From: a virus
Lineage: Duplodnaviria > Caudoviricetes
Reading direction: 5' to 3' (one strand)
IMG/VR virus record: IMGVR_UViG_3300005805_000367
Span: 1-27,850 of that record
Length of the DNA: 27,850 nucleotides
Each line of letters begins with the position of its first letter. Position 1 is the stretch's first letter. The translations under genes were made by a program, and so were the position numbers. Positions 1-6,752 of the stretch are shown here, piece by piece. The notes beneath the pieces were generated by a model. It searched no databases. It was not told the origin of the DNA and worked only from the letters and a program-made list of their open reading frames with translations.

Positions 1-261
1 TCTGGGAAGAGCATCATCACAGGCCACCTGCACTCGCTCAAGGTCACCCCGATGGATGACTACAACGGCACTCGTTGGGGTGTGGATGCTGGGACTCTTG
101 CAGACCCGTCTGGCCCGCAGTTTCGAGACTACCTCGAGGACAATCCAACCGACTGGAGATCAGGGTTTATCGTCTTGACGTTCAAGAACGGGCAGATGCT
201 GTGGCCCGAGGTCGCTCGTGTAGTGGGTCAACAAATAGACTTCCGTGGGGAGCTGATATGA
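1..261 (+). CDS. Metallophosphoesterase (calcineurin-like), 5'-truncated
   Basis: Frame 1 is open from base 1: SGKSIITGHLHSLKVTPMDDYNG... It contains the GHxH motif of calcineurin-like phosphoesterases and a C-terminal W..GF.V strand. TGA overlaps the next ATG. Confidence 0.65.
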   Translation, partial: SGKSIITGHLHSLKVTPMDDYNGTRWGVDAGTLADPSGPQFRDYLEDNPTDWRSGFIVLTFKNGQMLWPEVARVVGQQIDFRGELI

Positions 262-416
262 GCGCCACCCTGATTGCCATCACCGGGCTTATCTACGCCT
301 ACGTCGGTCTCGAGCAACTCGCTTTGGGAAACAAGATGCTGGCTATCGTCTACTCGGGATATGCGTTCTCAAACGTGGGTCTCTTTTACATCGCCAAGAG
401 TCCAAACGCGCTGTAG
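258..416 (+). CDS. Small membrane protein (52 aa)
   Basis: ATGA overlap with the upstream stop. MSATLIAITGLIYAYVGLEQLALGNKMLAIVYSGYAFSNVGLFYIAK has two hydrophobic segments. This start is more likely than 75. Confidence 0.65.
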   Translation: MSATLIAITGLIYAYVGLEQLALGNKMLAIVYSGYAFSNVGLFYIAKSPNAL

Positions 417-659
417 CCTCCCAGACTGGCCTGGTCGCGTCTCCTCCAGCGGAAGCGCTAGACCCCTCCTGTGGGCGTCTGAGAGTCGCCTCCAGACCTG
501 ATCTGGCCTCAGCCCTGTCCTGGTAGCCAGCTCCTCATACGTCCCTGGGCCGTTCTTCAGCTCCTCCAGGATGCGCTCGATCAGCCCCACTGGAGCCGAT
601 TGAGCAGCCTCCTTAGAAGTAACTGGATCGCCCTTCCTAAAAAGTTTGATCCAGTCCAT
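369..659 (-). CDS. Winged helix-turn-helix DNA-binding protein
   Basis: ILEELKNGPGTYEELATRTGLRPDQVWRRLSD...GRLQRVW fits a wHTH pattern. Last gene of the leftward operon. Confidence 0.7.
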   Translation of the reverse strand: MDWIKLFRKGDPVTSKEAAQSAPVGLIERILEELKNGPGTYEELATRTGLRPDQVWRRLSDAHRRGLALPLEETRPGQSGRLQRVWTLGDVKETHV

Positions 660-660
660 C

Positions 661-864
661 TTAGAACTCCTCGTCTTTTGGTTTCGGGTCGTTCAGGTAG
701 GCCCAACCATCCCAATCTTTAATTGGAATCACATCCAGTTTGAGCATCTCACCGCTCTTGGTCTCGATGATCGAACCAATCCGCTGGTAACTATTCTTCG
801 TCTCACCGGCGGCGTTCTGGTATGTACCAACAACTGCCACGACTGCTTTTAAGGTTTTTGCCAC
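661..864 (-). CDS. Small beta-rich protein, possible ssDNA-binding protein
   Basis: GGAGG SD and GTG start. Beta-strand pattern with aromatic residues and an acidic tail ending DEEF (SSB-like C-terminus). Lies next to the exonuclease. Confidence 0.5.
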   Translation of the reverse strand: MAKTLKAVVAVVGTYQNAAGETKNSYQRIGSIIETKSGEMLKLDVIPIKDWDGWAYLNDPKPKDEEF

Positions 865-1445
865 ATTTCCTCCAATTTGGCTACTTTCTCATCAACCTCT
901 GTCAAGAACTTCTTGACAGCCTCCTCCATCTCTGAAATCAGAGAGGGATTCCTCTCGACCCTTTGACAGAAGAAACCGATCTTCTCCAACCTCGGGTCAA
1001 ATACTACATAGTCCACCCAGGGTCTCTGGGCGCAGGCCATCTGCCACTGCATCTGATGGATGTACTTTGTATCGATCTTCTTTGTAAGAAGGACGTCAAT
1101 CATAGTCGCGGTATTGGGGCACTTGATCTCCACCATCCCCTCCTCGACAAGCCCGTCTGGAGATGCTCCAGCGTCTTGGATTGTTGGGTGGACAATAAAC
1201 CCCACCTCCTCCACCAAAACGCCCCTGTTGGCCTCGTATGCGGCTCTGGCAAAGGGTTCTTGTTCAGTCCCCCACTGCATCGCTGCGTTTGAGAAGGCCT
1301 CCTGTGGTTTCTTGGTGAGCCGCTCAGCAACGAGTTGGGCCATGTAGTTGACCCGCTCCGCTCCCTTGCTCAGCACCTTGGACACCCCACTTGCGGTGAC
1401 CTTCCCGAGTCTGGCCTGGAACCACTCCTCAGATCTTTGATCCAT
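849..1445 (-). CDS. YqaJ-like viral recombinase / lambda-exonuclease family
   Basis: QRSEEWFQARLGKVTAS, AMQWGTEQEP, GASPDGLV, EIKCP and Y.HQMQWQM motifs. Confidence 0.93.
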   Translation of the reverse strand: MDQRSEEWFQARLGKVTASGVSKVLSKGAERVNYMAQLVAERLTKKPQEAFSNAAMQWGTEQEPFARAAYEANRGVLVEEVGFIVHPTIQDAGASPDGLVEEGMVEIKCPNTATMIDVLLTKKIDTKYIHQMQWQMACAQRPWVDYVVFDPRLEKIGFFCQRVERNPSLISEMEEAVKKFLTEVDEKVAKLEEMWQKP

Positions 1446-1809
1446 TTAGCCTCCCGTATAAGTTTTCATACCAGTGCTCTGATAGGTCATCGTCTGTCAA
1501 AACGCTTACCTTCTTTGTGAACAATTGCAAGATATGCAGCTCACAAAACCACCCGCGACAATCAAGCTCAAACCAAAACTCGCAAATGGTCTGAAGTTTT
1601 TTTGCATTGACATAGGAAGACCCATCAACCTCTAGTAAGCGAACTGTCTTGTTTGCCGTATCAAGTTCAAAGGCGTCTGGGACAAACCCAAGCGCGGGCA
1701 TAGGATCATCAAGCACATCATTTAGCCGTTTCTTCAGTCTTGATATGTGCCATGATGGATTTGATACGACAAACCGATTGATTGCCAATTTGTGAGCGCT
1801 TGGATTCAT
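1429..1809 (-). CDS. Hypothetical protein, possible PD-(D/E)xK-fold nuclease
   Basis: FVPDAF...LLEVDG resembles the PD..(D/E)xK-type active site. DNA is visibly AT-richer than its neighbours. Confidence 0.45.
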   Translation of the reverse strand: MNPSAHKLAINRFVVSNPSWHISRLKKRLNDVLDDPMPALGFVPDAFELDTANKTVRLLEVDGSSYVNAKKLQTICEFWFELDCRGWFCELHILQLFTKKVSVLTDDDLSEHWYENLYGRLNGSKI

Positions 1810-2154
1810 TTATCCTCCAAATGTCCACCGATACCTGGCTTGCAGGTTCCGTCGATTGATCTCCGTGAACTCACCAGACCCGACCTTTGGGATCTCGTGG
1901 TAGCCCAGCAGGGCATTTCTGACGGTCTCTGCGTTTGCCCCGATCAACTGGCAGTAGAGGTCAAAGGTAGTCCCCTTGTCAAACAGCCACTTGATCGCAA
2001 CCAGAGGCTCGCCAATGGCCTTGTGCTGCTCCTTTTCCTCTTCGCTCATGGGTGATCCAGCGTCCACGATGGCGTGAGCAATGACAGCGGCAAGCAGGTG
2101 AGCACACCGCTGTGTCTGGACGTCGTCGGTACTCGTTGAGACCAGATCGATCAT
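1810..2154 (-). CDS. Hypothetical protein (114 aa)
   Basis: ATG at 2154 overlaps the upstream TGA (ATGA). Begins MIDLVSTSTDDVQTQRCAHLLAAVIAHAIVDA. Confidence 0.65.
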   Translation of the reverse strand: MIDLVSTSTDDVQTQRCAHLLAAVIAHAIVDAGSPMSEEEKEQHKAIGEPLVAIKWLFDKGTTFDLYCQLIGANAETVRNALLGYHEIPKVGSGEFTEINRRNLQARYRWTFGG

Positions 2155-2279
2155 TTCAGTACGTGCCTCACTGCCATGACTGCCGCGCTGGTCATGATGA
2201 TGCAAATCGCAAGACCAAACCAGACGATGCAAAAGCACACAACTGCTGACAGGACGTCATCTACTCGTAAGGGTTTCAT
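2151..2279 (-). CDS. Small hydrophobic protein (42 aa, not in ORF track)
   Basis: MKPLRVDDVLSAVVCFCIVWFGLAICIIMTSAAVMAVRHVLK. ATGA overlaps at both ends exactly fill the gap. Confidence 0.6.
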   Translation of the reverse strand: MKPLRVDDVLSAVVCFCIVWFGLAICIIMTSAAVMAVRHVLK

Positions 2280-2818
2280 TCTGAGCCTTTCAGTTTCTTA
2301 ATGAGTTGGTTCTTCTTAGCCATGACCTGCTGCTGACTAGCCTGGTCGGTGGCTGCGTTAAGTGCCAGTTGATAGGCGGTCTTGAGTGCATCCAGGGTGG
2401 TGCAGGCCTCCATGTCTGCCAGGTGAGCCTGAATGTTTGGCCGAGGGCGAGACCCTGCGTTCCCGTCATCGTCCTCTGGGGCTATCCCACAGGCCGCCAT
2501 CAGGGAGTACCTGCGGGCGTATGTCAGGGCAGACCCGTAACCCTGCGGATCTTGCTTGGCAGCGGGGACGTGGAGCTTGCCTGCCGAGAGCGTCTCACCA
2601 GATTCGTGTAGAAACAAGGTCTCGACGATAACCCCATCTTGGCACTCGTGGGTGGGTTGGATGAGGGCTATCCCGTTGCTGTTCAGCCCGTCAATCACAG
2701 CCTCCACGCAGGCAGACAGGTCTGCATACTTGCTGCGAAAGTGTGGGTTTGTGGATGACTTCAGGGCAGGCCCAAAGGCCTTCTGTGCCTTAACCAGCGC
2801 GGTTGCTATGGTCTTCAC
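2276..2818 (-). CDS. erf: ERF-family single-strand annealing protein
   Basis: NPHFRSKYADL, QGYGSALTYARRYSL and EDDDGN are characteristic ERF motifs. Confidence 0.92.
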   Translation of the reverse strand: MKTIATALVKAQKAFGPALKSSTNPHFRSKYADLSACVEAVIDGLNSNGIALIQPTHECQDGVIVETLFLHESGETLSAGKLHVPAAKQDPQGYGSALTYARRYSLMAACGIAPEDDDGNAGSRPRPNIQAHLADMEACTTLDALKTAYQLALNAATDQASQQQVMAKKNQLIKKLKGSE

Positions 2819-2963
2819 TTCTCACCTCATTGATGATTGATACAAGTTCCCGAATCCTGCTTTCCAGGAGATCTACCTTGTGACGCAGGACGTCGGTCTC
2901 GTTGGTGTAGAACCTGGTTGCCAGGTAGGTCGCGGTGTTGATGATTTCGTTAGCGTCTATCAT
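2790..2963 (-). CDS. Hypothetical coiled-coil protein (57 aa)
   Basis: ATG at 2963 overlaps the upstream TGA. MIDANEIINTATYLATRF...VDLLESRIRELVSII. Confidence 0.55.
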   Translation of the reverse strand: MIDANEIINTATYLATRFYTNETDVLRHKVDLLESRIRELVSIINEVRSEDHSNRAG

Positions 2964-3121
2964 GACCACCACACCACCAGACAGATGCCAAACCCGATGC
3001 CGATGGCGCAGGCCAGCAGCACGCCTAAGATCTTGTCCATGCGGTCTTCTAGCGAGACCTCTGCATAGCCCACGGGGAAGGAGCACTCAGCGAGTGTCCT
3101 GGGGGTTTTAATATTCTTCAA
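2960..3121 (-). CDS. Small membrane protein (53 aa, not in ORF track)
   Basis: GAGGAGG SD and TTG start. MKNIKTPRTLAECSFPVGYAEVSLEDRMDKILGVLLACAIGIGFGICLVVWWS has a C-terminal TM helix. Confidence 0.6.
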   Translation of the reverse strand: MKNIKTPRTLAECSFPVGYAEVSLEDRMDKILGVLLACAIGIGFGICLVVWWS

Positions 3122-3398
3122 AATTTACCTCCTCGTAAAAATACTTTGCCTTTTCCATGTGCTCGTCGTAAGCAACACGGTCGATATGTTCCTGAAGCAG
3201 CTCAAGCGCGTGATGCCATGCCTCAGAGGACTGCTCCTTGATTGCCTTGCTGAGAACCGAGTGCTCGAGAGACCCGGCCTTGAGATCGGACATCCAGTCA
3301 AAGAAGCGATCAAAGTCGGGCTGGATGCCGCTCGAGGGAATCTCTGGGTCATCGTCTGGTGGGTCTAGTGCCCAATCGGACAGCTCTAACTTACGCAT
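3108..3398 (-). CDS. Hypothetical acidic protein
   Basis: 96-aa ORF with SD, overlapping its neighbours in the leftward operon. Confidence 0.65.
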   Translation of the reverse strand: MRKLELSDWALDPPDDDPEIPSSGIQPDFDRFFDWMSDLKAGSLEHSVLSKAIKEQSSEAWHHALELLQEHIDRVAYDEHMEKAKYFYEEVNFEEY

Positions 3399-3585
3399 TT
3401 TCCACCTCCACGCTTCCCAACATCAAAGACAGAGCGGCCAGCTCCTCCTTCTGGATGTAGATGTAGAAGCTAACCTTGTCCACATGAAACGAGAGCTGCG
3501 ATTCGTCGTCCTTGTTTAAGTACAAACGGACTCGCGTTCCGTCCTTGAGCGACAACCTGAGACATCCTTCTTCTTTGGTAAACAC
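3391..3585 (-). CDS. Hypothetical protein, first gene of leftward operon
   Basis: AGGAGG SD before a GTG start, just downstream of a promoter-like sequence. Confidence 0.6.
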   Translation of the reverse strand: MFTKEEGCLRLSLKDGTRVRLYLNKDDESQLSFHVDKVSFYIYIQKEELAALSLMLGSVEVENA

Positions 3586-3600
3586 TTGACACCTCCTGAG

Positions 3601-3794
3601 ACCGTCAACATCGACGGCATGGGTGAACTGTAATCTTCTGGTGTAGGTTTGGAATAGGGACTTTCCCTAATGTATGGATGTACAGGTATCCGCTAATAGA
3701 CCATTCCACACATAATTGGAATAGGTGTTTCTACTTAGTGCAAAGCTACGCAGATGGCATAAGATTGAGCCATTCGTCCCATGTTGGGATGATG
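3601..3794. promoter_or_regulatory. Divergent early promoter/operator region
   Basis: Palindrome TAGGGA-CTT-TCCCTA (3655-3669) and degenerate copy TAGGT-GTTTCT-ACTTA (3722-3737), each preceded by TTGGAA (TTCCAA -35-like on minus). Leftward TTCCAA-16-TACAGT and rightward GTGCAA-16-TAAGAT (3738-3765). A leader hairpin lies on each side. Confidence 0.6.
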
Positions 3795-3808
3795 TCAATG
3801 GAGGTTCT

Positions 3809-3970
3809 ATGAAGAAGGTAATCGTCGCTATTGGTGCGGCTTTGGCGGTCACAAGCGTGTGGGCCAGTTGCCGGTATTACACCTATACGATCAACGGTAG
3901 AACCTACTATTGCAGCGAATGTTGCTCTGGTACTGGTATCTACAGGACTTGCAACACAACTTGTAACTGA
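3809..3970 (+). CDS. Secreted cysteine-rich mini-protein (53 aa)
   Basis: GGAGG SD at 3800-3804. Signal peptide MKKVIVAIGAALAVTSVWA, then 34 aa with 6 Cys. Confidence 0.75.
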   Translation: MKKVIVAIGAALAVTSVWASCRYYTYTINGRTYYCSECCSGTGIYRTCNTTCN

Positions 3971-3977
3971 GTAAGAT
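3949..3977 (+). promoter_or_regulatory. Sigma70-type promoter for the replication leader
   Basis: TTGCAA (3949-3954) - 17 nt - TAAGAT (3972-3977). Predicted start near 3983 coincides with the 5' end of a stem. Confidence 0.65.
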
Positions 3978-3982
3978 GTTGC

Positions 3983-4078
3983 GAAACCCGGCTAGGCAGG
4001 GAGTAGCTACCCTGCCGAAAAGCGTCACACCTCCGCCTGCCGTAGGTTTCCTCTAGGGGTGGAGTTTGTGAGGTGTTT
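3983..4078 (+). ncRNA. Structured leader RNA (3-way junction) upstream of replication gene
   Basis: Stems GAAACC/GGTTTC, CGGC/GCCG, GGCAGGG/CCCTGCC and GCG/CGC. Loop TCACACCTC is complementary to GAGGTGT at 4070-4076. Confidence 0.6.
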
Positions 4079-4807
4079 ATGCACTACTACCTATTCAATA
4101 TTGGCGACTATTCGTCCCACACGGGCCATCTGTCTGAGTTAGAAGATCTGGCCTACAGACGACTCCTCGACTGGTGCTATCTGCACGAAAAACCACTCCC
4201 AGATGACATTGAGCAGGTCTCAAAATTCATCAGGATGCGAACGCATTGCGAGTGCATTGCGAACGTATTGCGAGAGTTTTTCGAACGCACTGAAGACGGC
4301 TGGATATCACCCCGTGTGGAGGCTGAAATTGGCAAGGTAAACACCAAGTCTGACAAGGCTCGACAGAGTGCTAAAGCTAGGTGGGACAAGAAGAAATTGC
4401 CTAAGAATGCGAACGCAATGCGACCGCAAAGCGAACGCAATGCTACACAAGACACATTACCCATTACCCAAAACACAAAGAATGGCGCAGAAGCGCCTGT
4501 GTCTGTGGATAAGTCTGTTTGGGAAGACTTCATGAAAATCCGCAAGGCCAAGCGAGCGCCGATGACGGCCACCGCACTGGAGGCCATCAAGCGTGAAGCA
4601 GGCAAGGCGGGTTGGTCGTTGAACGACGCCATCAAGGAGTGCGTGACTCGAGGCTGGCAGGGGTTCAAGGCCGACTGGGTGGAAAAGCGTACCGAGGCAG
4701 GCCCAGACCCGATGCTTGCCAAGCTCAAGGAAGACGAGAAGCTGGCTAGGCCGATGCCTGCGTCAGTCCGTCAGGCTTTGCATGGCTCATTGAAGAGGAT
4801 CGTATGA
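4079..4807 (+). CDS. Replication initiator, YdaU/DUF1376 family
   Basis: N-terminus MHYYLFNIGDYSSHTGHLSELEDLAYRRLLDWCY is typical of DUF1376. C-terminal WEDF...RGWQGFKADW. Carries internal iterons and occupies the lambda O position. Confidence 0.85.
   Translation: MHYYLFNIGDYSSHTGHLSELEDLAYRRLLDWCYLHEKPLPDDIEQVSKFIRMRTHCECIANVLREFFERTEDGWISPRVEAEIGKVNTKSDKARQSAKARWDKKKLPKNANAMRPQSERNATQDTLPITQNTKNGAEAPVSVDKSVWEDFMKIRKAKRAPMTATALEAIKREAGKAGWSLNDAIKECVTRGWQGFKADWVEKRTEAGPDPMLAKLKEDEKLARPMPASVRQALHGSLKRIV
4236..4443 (+). repeat. 11-bp iterons, probable replication origin
   Basis: TGCGAACGCAT/TGCGAGTGCAT/TGCGAACGTAT at 4236-4268 and TGCGAACGCAA/TGCGACCGCAA/AGCGAACGCAA at 4408-4440, inside the initiator gene as in lambda O. 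Confidence 0.75.
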
Positions 4808-5085
4808 CGAACGATCAAGCCAATAAAATTTTGAACCAGGCCAAGGATGGACAACCAGTCACCTACCTCGACATCTGCAAAGCCCTCATCGCAACTGGAG
4901 ACCTACAGAGCACAATGCGAGGCTCGGGATTGGGTGCGGAGGTTTCGGGAGATCAAGGCCAAGAAGGGCGTCAAGGCAGCCAATCAGTGGTGGAGGCAGA
5001 CCCTGGAGCGGATCGAGAAGCACCGCGGCAAGCCAGCCGTGGACAAGCTCAGGAGGGACATGAACAACTTAAGGCCACAAGATGA
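4804..5085 (+). CDS. Hypothetical protein
   Basis: ATGA overlaps at both ends. Protein-like N-half (ANKILNQAKDG...KALIATGDL) and a low-complexity C-half. Confidence 0.55.
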   Translation: MTNDQANKILNQAKDGQPVTYLDICKALIATGDLQSTMRGSGLGAEVSGDQGQEGRQGSQSVVEADPGADREAPRQASRGQAQEGHEQLKATR

Positions 5086-5104
5086 GACGAGCGGCAAAAA
5101 TTGA
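4847..5104 (+). CDS. Hypothetical basic helical protein, overlapping frame
   Basis: YRAQCEARDWVRRF...WWRQTLERIEKHRG...DKLRRDM is amphipathic and protein-like. The true start may be near 4895. Confidence 0.5.
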   Translation: MDNQSPTSTSAKPSSQLETYRAQCEARDWVRRFREIKAKKGVKAANQWWRQTLERIEKHRGKPAVDKLRRDMNNLRPQDETSGKN

Positions 5105-5408
5105 TGCTAATCAAAAAGAAGTTGTTGATGCTTTGAGATTGGCTGGCGCTTCTGTCCAGTCATTAGCTGCGGTTGGAAAAGGAGTGCCTGACCTTCTAGT
5201 TGGCTTCAAAAATGTCACAGTGCTGATGGAGGTGAAAGACGGGAAAAAGTGTTTATCAGATAGAAGACTTACAGAAGACCAACAAAAGTGGCATCAACAA
5301 TGGAAAGGCGGCACTGTGTCAATTGTTGATAGCGTAGATGCTGCGCTGCGGGTACTAAAGGTTGTTGAATGGACAAAAAGTCTGCAAAAAGAAGACGATG
5401 GTCTTTAA
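5082..5408 (+). CDS. PD-(D/E)xK nuclease, VRR-NUC/Holliday-junction-resolvase-like
   Basis: GVPDLLVG...LMEVKDG...LTEDQQKWH motif set. Confidence 0.8.
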   Translation: MRRAAKIDANQKEVVDALRLAGASVQSLAAVGKGVPDLLVGFKNVTVLMEVKDGKKCLSDRRLTEDQQKWHQQWKGGTVSIVDSVDAALRVLKVVEWTKSLQKEDDGL

Positions 5409-5836
5409 TGAGGTTATATGCTCACAGGTATGAGAGACACTACAGCTCGAGACCTGGATGTTTTTATTGCGGAGAACCTCACTCCACAATAGATCATTGC
5501 CCTCCAATAACGTTCTGCGAAGTTAAAGATGAAAAGTGGTTCAAAGAAAAAAACATAAGGTTTTACATAGTTGCGTGTTGTTCAGAATGCAACACAAAAT
5601 TGTCTAACAAGCCGTTTTTGACGCTACATGAGCGAGCGGGGCACATACTTAGTTGGCTTGAGAAAAAAAGTAATGAAGTCGTTATTTGGACGGAGGATGA
5701 GATTAATGAGATGAGTAGCGTATTTGCTAAGTCAATTATTGCCAGGAAAAAGCAGCATCAGATGTTGATAGATAGGGTTAGGTTTTGCCAAGAACTGCTT
5801 TACAGGCGAGATGATTTCCCAGAGGAGGTCGAGTGA
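5369..5836 (+). CDS. HNH-like Zn-binding endonuclease
   Basis: CFYCG...DHCPP...CCSECNTK (CxxC, DH, CxxCN). AT-rich. Alternative start at 5408. Confidence 0.65.
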   Translation: MDKKSAKRRRWSLMRLYAHRYERHYSSRPGCFYCGEPHSTIDHCPPITFCEVKDEKWFKEKNIRFYIVACCSECNTKLSNKPFLTLHERAGHILSWLEKKSNEVVIWTEDEINEMSSVFAKSIIARKKQHQMLIDRVRFCQELLYRRDDFPEEVE

Positions 5837-6075
5837 TTCCCAAAGAAATAGCCAGATGCAAGGGAACGTCCTGGACAGCCAAGGGAAAGACCCAGTTCCG
5901 GCCAGAGTGTGTGCCATGCGAGCGCAGACTATCGCCTCCTGGTGAAGGTCAAGTGTGGATGAGTTCATGGGAGATGCCAGAGAAATGTCCTTACCAAATA
6001 TCACAAAAACCGTCGAGTTCATCATCGAAAATGCGCCGGAGTTCGGAAAAGCCAAGGCCAGACGGGTCTACCTAG
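5833..6075 (+). CDS. Hypothetical Cys-containing protein
   Basis: GAGGAGG SD and GTGA overlap. ARC...CVPCER...CPY pattern. The C-terminus overlaps the next gene. Confidence 0.5.
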   Translation: MIPKEIARCKGTSWTAKGKTQFRPECVPCERRLSPPGEGQVWMSSWEMPEKCPYQISQKPSSSSSKMRRSSEKPRPDGST

Positions 6076-6323
6076 AGGAGTTCCGCAAGAGCAAGAAGGC
6101 GATGCTGATGCGTCAAGCAATGATGAACGGGATCGAGGCGGCAAACGCACAAGAACGCGAGGCATACGCTAATCAGGAATACCGAGACCTGCTGGATGGT
6201 CTCGCAGAGGCAATAGAACAAGAGGAAACACTTAAATGGAAGCTAGAGGCGGCAAGAATCACCGTGGAGGTCTGGAGGAGCCAGGAGGCGACAAATCGAA
6301 TGCAAAGCAAAGCCACCGAATGA
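5985..6323 (+). CDS. Coiled-coil protein, UvsY-like recombination mediator family
   Basis: AKARRVYLEEFRKSKKA...AQEREAYA...Y...WRSQEA all-helical pattern. Confidence 0.55.
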   Translation: MSLPNITKTVEFIIENAPEFGKAKARRVYLEEFRKSKKAMLMRQAMMNGIEAANAQEREAYANQEYRDLLDGLAEAIEQEETLKWKLEAARITVEVWRSQEATNRMQSKATE

Positions 6324-6502
6324 TCTGCCCGGAGTGTGGGCTATTTGGGGGGACGATTGACAGCAGGAGGCCAGACGACAGGACGATCAGAAGACGCTAC
6401 GAGTGCCCAAACAAACACAGGTTTACCACATATGAGCGCATTGAAAAGCTACCCGAAGAGCACCTACAAGAGATCAAAGACATTCTTGCGGGCCGTCGCT
6501 GA
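6320..6502 (+). CDS. NrdR-like zinc-ribbon protein (no ATP cone)
   Basis: MICPECG...IDSR...IRRRYECPNKHRFTTYE matches the NrdR N-terminal ribbon. ATGA overlap. Confidence 0.75.
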   Translation: MICPECGLFGGTIDSRRPDDRTIRRRYECPNKHRFTTYERIEKLPEEHLQEIKDILAGRR

Positions 6503-6740
6503 GTTGGAGTGCCAGAACTGCGGGGCTTATCCCTCCCAGGCCGCCCACTCCAACTGGCACGGCAAGGGAATGGCACTGAAGGCCTCGGACGACCTGGTGG
6601 CGGCTCTGTGTCTTAGATGCCACTGGGAGGTAGACCAGGGAAATAAGTTATCCAAAGAGGAGAGAAAGGCCTTGTGGATAAATGCTTATAAGCGGACAAT
6701 GGACAGATTGGGCTTAGCAGTTGCCCATTTGGGGGAGTGA
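6432..6740 (+). CDS. DUF968/DUF1364-like Zn-binding putative nuclease
   Basis: CQNCG...QAAHSN..GKGMALKASD...ALCLRCH..D. Confidence 0.7.
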   Translation: MSALKSYPKSTYKRSKTFLRAVAELECQNCGAYPSQAAHSNWHGKGMALKASDDLVAALCLRCHWEVDQGNKLSKEERKALWINAYKRTMDRLGLAVAHLGE

Positions 6741-6752
6741 TCCCCCTTTTTT
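6731..6752 (+). terminator. Intrinsic terminator before the Q-like gene
   Basis: GGGGGA-GTGA-TCCCCC followed by T6, then ATG at 6753. Confidence 0.7.

Noticed and set aside
3983-4050. Possible tRNA
   Set aside because: Three-way junction with no TTC T-loop or canonical cloverleaf.
4236-4443. Repeats as a possible CRISPR array
   Set aside because: 11-bp tandem units without spacers, inside a CDS. No cas genes in the window.
4177-4728. 183-aa minus-strand ORF
   Set aside because: Lies wholly within the replication gene. No SD or recognisable motifs.
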